NCBI GenBank assembly: GCA_032718475.1
Contig: JAUCBJ010006900.1
Span: 62,001-126,000 of the forward strand
Reading direction: 5' to 3'
Length of the DNA: 64,000 nucleotides
Origin: Nemertoderma westbladi
Taxonomy: Eukaryota > Animalia > Xenacoelomorpha
Below the pieces are notes generated by a model. It had not been told where the DNA came from. It saw nothing but the letters and a program-made list of their open reading frames with translations, and did no database searches. Made by a program: the position numbers and the translations under genes. Shown piece by piece: positions 35,139 to 44,691 of this stretch (the first letter of the stretch is position 1; each line of letters begins with the position of its first letter).

Positions 35139-35208
35139 GTCTTAGAAAACCAGCTGCTACCCACAGTATTAGAACCTAGAACTACCAGCTACCAAGCTAA
35201 AGGACAGG

Positions 35209-38200
35209 ATGAGCGACATAACGCCAACGCGGACCCCGGACGAAGAACTAACGATCCGCGAGGCCGCGACCAGACGGTACAGGCCCACGACGCCGGACCC
35301 ATCGGTAACGGGTCATCCGGCAGTTCAAGATGAGGGGGGCCGTCTGGAGCCAGAGGTCGAGTCGAGAGGAGCGGGAGTCGAGTTGAGAGAAGGAGAGGGC
35401 GAGCTGGAAGGAGAAAGAGACGAGTCGACACACGACGACGGTCGACGTGCCGATGTCGCCGGCCAGCCACAGGCCGAGGGCGATGGACGGCCCACCGGAA
35501 CGGCGACGGTGGGGCCGCCGGTACGACGTCGGACCCGGAGAGATGGAGGAGAGGTCGGCGACGAGGACGTCGGGGTTTCTGATCGACTTCGACGGGCCTA
35601 CAACGCGACCCGGAAGCTACTTAAGGAGGCCAAGGAGGGGGCGAGAATAGACGAGGTAAAGTTGACACAAGGACTAGGTGAGTCGGATAAACATTTTAGT
35701 TATCTAATGCGCTTCGGGCAGAGAGAACTGGCCAAGGAGAGAGCGAGAGGGGTTGCCGAGGAACTGTGTGATTTATGGCGGTGTAGGGGTATGCAACCTA
35801 GTGTAGTGTACATAGGGCCATACTTAGTCGATGCCCAGGGTATAAAATTAGTGGGTTGGAGGAGACCTGAGGAGGGCGAATCCGAGGTTAACCCCGAGGA
35901 TTCGGTCTCGTCGGTCGGAGGGAATTCCAATTCCGGGAGGCGGGGGAGAGTCAGTAGGACGGGAAGGCGGAGGGAATCCGTCACAACCGATAAGTCTGCT
36001 ACATCCTCCGTAAAAGGAAGACGGGTGAGGGAAATAAATGCAGTGTACCATCTCGAACTGATAGCGCAGGGCCAGAGAGAGGTAGAGAGACAGTTAGAGG
36101 AGGGGAGAGCGCTATTAGAGAAAGAGATGGAACTGATTAAAGAGACCGGAGAGAGGGCCGAGAGAGCCGCGAAAAGCTTTAGGGAGAGTGAGGAAATAGG
36201 GAGGAAGGAACAAGAGGAGCGTGAGGCGAGAGAGGAAAGTGAGCGTAAGAGCGAGGCGCGAAGGCGGAGCGTAAAGAGCGCAAGGCGGAACGAAGGGAGT
36301 GTGAGGCGAGAGAGGAGAATGAGCGTAGAGAGCGCAAGGCGGAACATAAAGAGCGCGAGGCGAGACGGAGGGAGAGAATTGAGAGAGAGAAGGAACTGGC
36401 CGAACAGAGTGCACGGGAGAGTCGGGAAATGATAGCAGATGGGAGGCGTATGCGGGATGGTTTACATGCCCGCCTAGGGGGGTTAATTCAGCACCAAACC
36501 AGACAGCAGCGCATACTGAAATTGGCGCGATTGGGGTTGTCAGAGAGTGAGGCTGGGTCGAGTGCTCTCGAGGAGCCAAGGCCCGAGGAAACATTTATTA
36601 ATACCCCACTTACAGGAACCGCACGACAGACCCGAGACTGGTGTGACCGTACGGGTGGGGGGGGGGGGGGGGGTAATAATAATACTACAGTAGACGACGT
36701 TAATATTAATAGTACCGTATTGGATAACTCTAACCAAACTTTTATTGCAGGAAATATTTTACCTAGTAGTAGTAATTTAAATTTAAATCCGAATAATCCA
36801 AATAATCTAAATAATAATCTGAATTCGAATTTCCAAAATAATTCAAGTTACGAATTGCGCAAAATAATCCGAATAACTTTATTTTGAACGAAGAAAATAA
36901 TTCCGTTTCTAATTTGGGTGCACAAAATAATTTAACTGGGGTGTAGTATTTAATTGATTTAACCAATAACGGTACCTGTGGTGCTATTAATGTGAACGCG
37001 TCGGGCGTGTATAGCCCGGAAGCCAGCCTGATGGACCGCGTAGTTAACGAGCCAGAGGTGGCGGGGTTGAGTCAACCCGAGGTGGGCCTGGTAGGCCACG
37101 TAGTTAGTAGGCAGGAAGCGACGGGGTTGAGTCAACCCGAGGTGGGCCTGGTAGGCCACGTAATTAGTAGGCAGGAGGTGGCGGGGTTGAGCCAACCCGG
37201 AGTAGGCCCGGTAGGCCAAGTAGTAGTGGGGAGAGAGGCAGGGGTAAGCGAACCCAGCCGTAGTAGAAACATTGTGTCGACTGGAGAGGGGTGTAGAAGT
37301 GAAGTAAGAGGTAGCGGCATGATATGTGGCGAGTGGGGGGGGGGGGGGGGCTGCAGGAGTCCCACAACGGGAAGTTAATGGCGAGTGGGGGGGGGGGACT
37401 ACGGGAACCCCACAGCAACAGGTTAGTGGCGAGAGGGGGGGGGGGGCAGAGAGTGTCCCACAGGCATCGGCGGATAATGCGCGGGCCGCATTAGGTAAAC
37501 CGCAACACCCGGCGACGGAGAGTGATAGGGGGATTGCGAGTATCCCCAGCGGCGTGCGATCGAGCAGAGAGAGGCAGGTTGACGTCGCGAGAGGGCGGAC
37601 GGAGCGTCGAGCCCGATCAGAAGAGGGAAGAAGAACAGTGGAGTTTAACCGGGAGGTCGACGAGAGATCTCACGAGCGGGAATACTGCACTGAAAGGAGA
37701 AGAAGAGAAGACAGTAGGAGAAGTATCGCCGCGAACGATAGGAGAGCGAGGATGGACAGCGAGCCATCGGTAGTCGAGATGGAAAGAGAGTGTCGGTGGG
37801 GTCGAACTTCGGGAGATTGCCGTCGTCCTGGAGAGACGCGACCTGACGAGACGCATTACGCGTCGAGAGAGGGGTACACAATGTACCGGTACGAAGACGA
37901 GAGCAGTAGAGGGGGTCGAAGAGAAACTTCCCGACGGGATATACCTACCGATCGAGAATACGGTAGCCGCGGGGAGGATTATTCGAGAAGAATAAACTTC
38001 GATCCCGAGCGACACATACAGACTGTAGGACATACTGTAGGCCTTACTGCACATACCATAGGCCATGCTGACAGGAATAATGTAGGCGATAGGATAGCGC
38101 GGACGACGGAATTAAACCCGGAAGTCGCGGAGTACATACCGGCAGGTAGGCCAGAAGATGATAGGCCTATACCGGTACCAGCACAGCAGTATGACTACAG

Positions 38201-38387
38201 CATGCAGGGACATAACATATACCCAGGGGAGGGGGAAACTATTGCGGATAGGTGCATGGGCCCCAATATATTAACATCAACCCCAGTACCAAACATACCG
38301 GTGGGGGGGGGGGGGGGGGACAGGGTGACATTCCCCCATCACAATATCAACAATATACCCCGATAGGAGTAAGAACAACGAGACCCC
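35209..38387 (+). pseudogene. Long low-complexity N-terminal Gag extension of B, broken into ORFs 35209-36432, 36429-36887, 36992-37378 and 37326-38366
   Basis: Same-strand abutting ORFs with frame changes at a (GA)n run and G-runs. Contains an Arg/Glu coiled coil, an Asn-rich part and a 60-bp repeat x3 (~37050-37230). Confidence 0.65.
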
Positions 38388-41300
38388 TTGGATGAAAATA
38401 GGTCATGCGACACAGAAATATGGAGGGGGCCGCTACCCCCAATGATATACCCAAGCCAGAGGAAGACAGGAAATAGGACGGACGGACCGCACCTAACAGG
38501 AGAAACTATACAACATCCATCGAACCCATTGGAAGCGCAGGCGATGGGAATGGCCACGTTAATCGATGCGCTAAAAACTAGGATCGAGCTACCACCCGTG
38601 GAACCATTTAAATTCGATGGGAGTAGGCCAGAAGAATATCTACAGTTTCGGCGCATGTATAGTAACGAAATACTAACAAAGAACTTGACGCAGGCGGAGT
38701 GCCTAAAATATCTCCAAGTATACACAGGAGGCCCAGCATACGACATCGTGAGGCAATACCAGGGTATAGAGGGCGGCTTCACGACGGCATGGCGGGCATT
38801 GGACAGGGAATACGGGCACCCGGCCAAGATCATCCGGCAAACCCTGAGAGGCATAACATCGGGTGGCCTACAGGATAGTCCCGTTAGCATTAAGACATTC
38901 GCGAACAAGGTCGAGAAGGCGCTAATCGTGTTAAAGACGCTAGACGCGCCATACGAACTCAACGCGTCCAACAACATCACCACGATAGCGCAGGCACTAC
39001 CGATGTGGCTGCGCAACAAGTGGAGGAAGATCGCTTTCTCCACTCGAGATAGGAAGGGTGCGGAACCGGGTTTAGAAGAAATGTCGAGCTTCTTAAACTA
39101 CGAAGCTGAACTAATAACCGACCCAGTCTATAGTGAGGACAGCCTGGGAAAGGGACCAAGAACCGATTACCATAGGCCGAAACCAGAACACAACACGTCA
39201 AACGCATTACCAAAGCTCAGGCAATCATTGCCATACGCAGCGACGCAGGGGACTGCAAGTCCACAGGTAGCCGAAGGTAAGACCACACCATGGAACGGAC
39301 AGGGGAACAATAACAACACAAATAAATATAACCCTAGTACGTCCAGTAGGCCGAACCCAAACAACAAGAATAGTAGGGACTTTGGTGCAAATGCAACTGC
39401 GATACGCAATGCACTGCATAAGGAGGGCTACAACCCAAAGAGCAAATGCCAGCTACATACAAATGCGCTTCATCAAACTATGAACTGCAGGTACTGGCAA
39501 GCGCTACCCAGGGAAGATCAGGTAGAATATGCGGCGAGAAATGAGATCTGCTCGCGATGTGTGATGAGTGGACATAGAGCTAGGCAATGCAAGGAGACGC
39601 CGGTCAAGTTCGGTCAAAGGAAAGGCCAAACGATGGCAACGAGCACGGTAGGGGCGAAGAAGAGAGGAACGGTGCTACTTGGGGTAGTACCAGTGCGAGT
39701 GATTGGAGAAGGCAATCGATCAGTAACCACACTGATGCTGGTTGATAGTGGAGCTGCCTTCACATTAATCGAGGATTGGGTGGCCGAAGAGATAGGATTG
39801 AGAACGAGGCCAAGTAGAATGGCGGTGACAACGATTTCTAGCAAAGATGAGGTCCTGGAGATGAGGACCGGACGGTGCGCAATTGCAGCAGTGGCACCGG
39901 GATGCGACTATGGGGCGACCATCGACCCCATCCAAGTGATAGAGTCAATAAATATCAATGCCAGGCGACCAACCAACATCGAGGTCGAACAATATAAGTT
40001 TCTGGATGATATCGACTTCTCAATCCCAGAGGTGGACGTTAGGAAGGTATCCATCATAGTAGGAATGGACTGCCCGACGGCCCACGAAAGAATACAAACG
40101 GTCTTCGGCGAAGACAGGCAGTGTGACCCGGTGGCGATACTGACACCATTCGGGTGGACGCTGAGTGGCCCAATCAAGAGCAAGATACCATTTAGGATGT
40201 CGGAGACATCAGGATGCATGTTCGCGGGAACTATGCAGGAAATGGGTGATGAGAGAGCAGAGGAGCAGCTTAAGAGACTACTCAGACAGGATTTTGAAGG
40301 ATTAAAGGAGACCAGGGTCGGGACCTCGGTGGAAGACAAACAGGCTCAACGAAGCGTAGAGGAGTCTATGAAATGCGACGAGGGGCGGTATACCATAGGA
40401 ATGGTATGGAAGCTACCAAAGCTACCATTGCCCGATAATAAAGGGATGGTGCTCACGAGGCTTCGTAAGTTGAAGCAGACACTAAAACGGAGCCCCGAGA
40501 AGAATGAGTACATCCACAGAACAATTAAGAAGTACGTCGAGAAAGGATGGGCCGTGGAGTTACCGGTCGACGAACCAAACACGGATAGGACGTATTACCT
40601 ACCACTCCACGTGGCTTTAGATCCGAAGAAAGGTAAACTGCGGATGGTAGTTGACGCATCGGCAAAGACCAACGGGAAATGCTTAAACGACTATCTACTA
40701 GAAGGTCCCAACATATACAACTCAGGGATAGAGGTCCTACTTAGATTTAGAAATGGGAAACACGCCTTCACGTGTGACATAGAAGGCATGTTCAACCAAG
40801 TCCGTGTGACGGAAGAGGATAGCGACAGTCAACGCTTCTTATGGTATAACGGCGACGAAGAACCGTCAATAATACCGACGTACAAGATGGTAGTACAGAA
40901 CATGGGAGCCAAGTCGTCTTCATTTACGACGACTATGGCAGTAAGAGATACAGTGAAAGGGAAGGAGGATAGATACAGCACTAGGGCCATCGATATGATT
41001 CGACGCGGCTTCTATGTAGACGACGGAATGGAGTCTGGAAATACGGTTAAGGAGATACTGGACACAGGGCGCGAGGTTTGCGACATCCTAAAAGGATCCG
41101 GCTTTAACCTGACCAAATTCCAATCCAGTTCGGAGGAATTTATCAAGGCGATAGAGGACGAGAGACCAGAATCGACCATGGATAATCCCACAACAGCCAA
41201 GAGGACAGAGTCTCAACAGAAGGCACTGGGAATCGTGTGGAACAGAGAGACAGATGAACTGAAGTACCAGCTGAGCCAGGAGGGCGCAGACATTCACACA

Positions 41301-42344
41301 AAGAGGGGCTATGTGTCGTATATAGCAAGGATATACGATCCCCTAGGTCTAGCATCCCCACTATTAGTCACGGGGAAACAGATACTCAGGAGAGTATACA
41401 AACTGAAGGATGAGTGGGACATAGAGGTACCAGAAGAGATCAAGAAACAGTGGTGTAAGTGGACAGAAGGTTTGGAGAAGATGGGAACATACAGCATGCC
41501 AAGAGTGTATTTCCCGGATGGGAACATGACAAATCTGGACTTACACATGTTCTCCGATGCGTCGTTGGAGGCATACGGAGCGGCACTCTATTTAGTACAA
41601 CGAGAGGGGGCTCACAAGCCCAGACTGGCCTTTAGCAAAGCGAAGTCAACGCCGCCAGATTCAGCATCAGTTCCCAAACTAGAATTGACAGCTGCGAGAC
41701 TAGGAGTTAGGGCCACAGCCTACCTAGTGGATACTATTCCCAACATAGTGGAGACACACTACTGGACGGACTCCATGGTAGTGCTTGGTTGGCTACATAA
41801 CGAAAGGACGAGATACCCTATATTCGTCGTGAATAGGGTGGACGAAATAAGGGCGACCACAGAATTGGAAAGGTGGCACTACTGCCCAACGGACAAGAAC
41901 CCAGCGGACTTGTTATCGAGGGGCGTGGTACGCCACACTTTCTTGAAGAAGGAAGTATTGTGGCAACACGGGCTACAGTTTCTGAACAACAAGGAGGCCT
42001 GGCCGCCGATGAGGAAGGTGGAACCAGGCTCGGGAGAAGCAGTATCAGAGGGAGAAGAGGGAGATTCAGAGGGAGAAGAGATATACTCCCAGATGGTGAG
42101 GGAGATAAGGGACGTGCAACCTAAACCAGAAGAACTGTGCAATAACCCGACGGATAAACTCCTCAGCTACAGCTCTAGTTGGTATAAGACCAAGAAATTA
42201 GTGACGTACTGGAGAGCCTTCGGGAATTTCCTCGCGGGAGTTGGCAAAGGCAAGAAGATCAGGACAACCATAGATCTGGAAGAAGCGGCCAAAGCAGTCA
42301 TCCGCTATGAACAACGGAAGAACTATCGTGGAACGCGTCGGTAA
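38388..42344 (+). CDS. B Gag core-protease-RT-RNase H
   Basis: KFDGSRPEEYLQF, LKYLQVYTGG, CQLHTNALHQTMNC, CSRCVMSGHRARQC, LVDSGA, LRMVVDAS, CDIEGMFNQV, FYVDD, YDPLG, HMFSDAS, PKLEL, NPADLLSRG. Confidence 0.92.
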   Translation: MDENRSCDTEIWRGPLPPMIYPSQRKTGNRTDGPHLTGETIQHPSNPLEAQAMGMATLIDALKTRIELPPVEPFKFDGSRPEEYLQFRRMYSNEILTKNLTQAECLKYLQVYTGGPAYDIVRQYQGIEGGFTTAWRALDREYGHPAKIIRQTLRGITSGGLQDSPVSIKTFANKVEKALIVLKTLDAPYELNASNNITTIAQALPMWLRNKWRKIAFSTRDRKGAEPGLEEMSSFLNYEAELITDPVYSEDSLGKGPRTDYHRPKPEHNTSNALPKLRQSLPYAATQGTASPQVAEGKTTPWNGQGNNNNTNKYNPSTSSRPNPNNKNSRDFGANATAIRNALHKEGYNPKSKCQLHTNALHQTMNCRYWQALPREDQVEYAARNEICSRCVMSGHRARQCKETPVKFGQRKGQTMATSTVGAKKRGTVLLGVVPVRVIGEGNRSVTTLMLVDSGAAFTLIEDWVAEEIGLRTRPSRMAVTTISSKDEVLEMRTGRCAIAAVAPGCDYGATIDPIQVIESININARRPTNIEVEQYKFLDDIDFSIPEVDVRKVSIIVGMDCPTAHERIQTVFGEDRQCDPVAILTPFGWTLSGPIKSKIPFRMSETSGCMFAGTMQEMGDERAEEQLKRLLRQDFEGLKETRVGTSVEDKQAQRSVEESMKCDEGRYTIGMVWKLPKLPLPDNKGMVLTRLRKLKQTLKRSPEKNEYIHRTIKKYVEKGWAVELPVDEPNTDRTYYLPLHVALDPKKGKLRMVVDASAKTNGKCLNDYLLEGPNIYNSGIEVLLRFRNGKHAFTCDIEGMFNQVRVTEEDSDSQRFLWYNGDEEPSIIPTYKMVVQNMGAKSSSFTTTMAVRDTVKGKEDRYSTRAIDMIRRGFYVDDGMESGNTVKEILDTGREVCDILKGSGFNLTKFQSSSEEFIKAIEDERPESTMDNPTTAKRTESQQKALGIVWNRETDELKYQLSQEGADIHTKRGYVSYIARIYDPLGLASPLLVTGKQILRRVYKLKDEWDIEVPEEIKKQWCKWTEGLEKMGTYSMPRVYFPDGNMTNLDLHMFSDASLEAYGAALYLVQREGAHKPRLAFSKAKSTPPDSASVPKLELTAARLGVRATAYLVDTIPNIVETHYWTDSMVVLGWLHNERTRYPIFVVNRVDEIRATTELERWHYCPTDKNPADLLSRGVVRHTFLKKEVLWQHGLQFLNNKEAWPPMRKVEPGSGEAVSEGEEGDSEGEEIYSQMVREIRDVQPKPEELCNNPTDKLLSYSSSWYKTKKLVTYWRAFGNFLAGVGKGKKIRTTIDLEEAAKAVIRYEQRKNYRGTRR

Positions 42345-43629
42345 ACAACAGCACCTTCGACGGGACAGCGAGCTGATCACGCTGTCACCACAACTTAATG
42401 ACGACGGGATTCTAGTAATGAATTCTAGGGTGGGATACAACAACAGCATAGTCGTACCACCGAAACCCATCATCATTCCCACAGGATCGCCAATAGTCCA
42501 CCAGATTATCTGGGACTCCCACAAGTCGATATTGCACGGGGGCACCAACCAAACCCTCACGGAGATACGGAGGACCTTTTGGGTCAAGCAGTTGAGGAAG
42601 AAGGTAAAAGCGGTAGTGGGGCAGTGCCAGACCTGCCGACGAGCGAAGAAGGAGCGAGCCATACAGGAGATGGCACCACTACCATCAAGTAGGGTAAGAC
42701 AGCACGACCCGCCATTTACGCATTGCGGTGTGGACATGTTCGGGCCGATAAAGATCAAGGTGATGCGGCACACGGAGAAACGCTACGGTATCATCTTCGT
42801 ATGCAATAACACGCGGGCGGTAGGGATAGAACTCGCCCAGGATACAACCGCATCAGCATTCATTAATGCGTTAGAAAGGTTCAGAGACCGCAAAGGTGGG
42901 ACGATCGCAGTAATGTACTCCGACAGCGGAACCAACTTTGTGGGAGCAGAGAACGAGATGGCAGAGGCCTTGGACACCTTGGAAGGGGAGGAAGTCAGGG
43001 CAGCCATGAGACGACGACAAGTAAAGTGGGAGAGGAGGACGCCGTATGCACCGCATACACTAGGGTGCGTCGAGAGACTGGTGGGCAGTTCAAAGCGTCT
43101 CATGACGAAGTTAATGAACACCCATATGGTCACGGAGGACGTCTTGAGAACAGTACTCGCAAAGTGTGAGGGTATCATTAATAGCAGACCGCTATATCCG
43201 GAGAATGATGACCCTGAGTCACTAGATGTGCTGACGCCTAGCCATTTTCTAAACGAAAGGCCAGCGACCATCGATATGCGGGGTGTAGACCCAGACGACA
43301 TACACTCCCGCCAGAGTTGGAAAGTCGCTAAAGCGATAAGCGCAGAGTATTGGAGGAGGTGGGTTGAGGAATACCTACCCACGCTTCACAAAAGAAGCAA
43401 GTGGAGGAATTCGAATAGGGAGTTAAGAGAGGGAGATCTCGTAATCGTTACGGATGATACTATCATCAACAACCAGTGGCGGTTGGCGAGAGTTGTAGGC
43501 ACTTACTCCGATGAGGACGGAAGAGTCCGATCGGTAGAAGTGCGGATAGGTGGCAAGATAGGTGCGAAAGACAGAAAAACCTACAGGAGAGCTGTAGGGA
43601 AATGCTGTCTATTAGAAGGGGCACCTTAG
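42307..43629 (+). CDS. B integrase, separated from pol by a frameshift near 42325
   Basis: H..ILHGG...CQTC, GVDMFGP, YSDSGTNF, VERLVGSSK, DGRVRSVEV. Confidence 0.92.
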   Translation: MNNGRTIVERVGKQQHLRRDSELITLSPQLNDDGILVMNSRVGYNNSIVVPPKPIIIPTGSPIVHQIIWDSHKSILHGGTNQTLTEIRRTFWVKQLRKKVKAVVGQCQTCRRAKKERAIQEMAPLPSSRVRQHDPPFTHCGVDMFGPIKIKVMRHTEKRYGIIFVCNNTRAVGIELAQDTTASAFINALERFRDRKGGTIAVMYSDSGTNFVGAENEMAEALDTLEGEEVRAAMRRRQVKWERRTPYAPHTLGCVERLVGSSKRLMTKLMNTHMVTEDVLRTVLAKCEGIINSRPLYPENDDPESLDVLTPSHFLNERPATIDMRGVDPDDIHSRQSWKVAKAISAEYWRRWVEEYLPTLHKRSKWRNSNRELREGDLVIVTDDTIINNQWRLARVVGTYSDEDGRVRSVEVRIGGKIGAKDRKTYRRAVGKCCLLEGAP

Positions 43630-43834
43630 GGTGGAGTTAGAGTGTTGTTTAGTCGTCCAAGTTTTGGACTGAGGGGGGTGGGATTGAGTGCGAGATGCCC
43701 TTCCCACACATAAAATAAAAATAAAATAAAAAATAATTAGAGTTAGAATTAGTTAGTTAGTTAGGAGGTACGTAGTACTGAAAATAGTTAGTTAGTTAGA
43801 AGGTACGTAGTACCGAAAGTTAGAGTCAGTTAGT

Positions 43835-44265
43835 TAGTAAGAGGGTACGTGGTACCGTTAGTTAGTAGAGAGAGTTGGTGGAGTTAGTGGAGTTAGAGTA
43901 GTAAGAGGGTACGTAGTACCGTTAGTTAGTGGAGTTAGAGTAGTAAGAGGGTACGTAGTACCATTAGTTAGTGGAGTTAGAGTAGTAAGAGGGTACGTAG
44001 TACCGTTAGTTAGTGGAGTTAGAGTAGTAAGAGGGTACGTAGTACCGTTAGTTAGTAGAGTCAGAGTAGTAAGAGGGTACGTAGTACCGTTAGTTAGTAG
44101 AGTCAGAGTAGTAAGAGGGTACGTAGTACCATTAGTTAGTGGAATTAGAGTAGTTAGAGGGTACGTAGTACCATTAGTTAGTGGAATCAGAGTAGTTAGA
44201 GGGTACGTAGTACCGCTAGTTAGAGAGAAAGAGAGTAAGAGTTAGAGGGTACGTAGTACCGATTA
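43835..44265 (+). repeat. 39-bp tandem array between integrase and the extra ORF
   Basis: AGAGTAGTAAGAGGGTACGTAGTACCGTTAGTTAGTGGAGTT-type units, about 10 copies, with degenerate copies upstream. Confidence 0.9.
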
Positions 44266-44691
44266 GTAATAGGGGTAGAAGGGATATGTATAATATGGAT
44301 ATTAGTTAGCAGTTAGTAGCGAGAGGGGGGCACATGAGTACAGTTGGATAGATCGTGTAGGCCACGCGACATATACTGCTGTCCTGCACAGGCCCATAGA
44401 GTAGGTCAGAATGTGGATTATGAAATAGAATAATCCATAAACAGTAAATAGTAGAAATAAATCAAAACAAAATAGAATAAGAATAGGGCTGAAAGAAAAA
44501 AGTTACAAATTATGGTAACAATAGGGAAATTATTCTGGAACATAATAAAAGTAACTGACAAAACTGCAAATTAGGGTACATTTAATAGCTTCAAAATTAA
44601 GTAGTAGGAATTTAGGCAAAACTAGATAAGGAATAGGCCATTATCGGACCGTACAGACCATCCTAGCTGCATCACTCACTTATATCGCGCC

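Noticed and set aside
42307-42344. Programmed ribosomal frameshift before the B integrase
   Set aside because: No slippery heptamer is seen, and BEL pol is normally continuous as in A1; more likely an indel or sequencing error.
43835-44265. 39-bp array as CRISPR
   Set aside because: No variable spacers; it is an ordinary minisatellite inside an LTR element.
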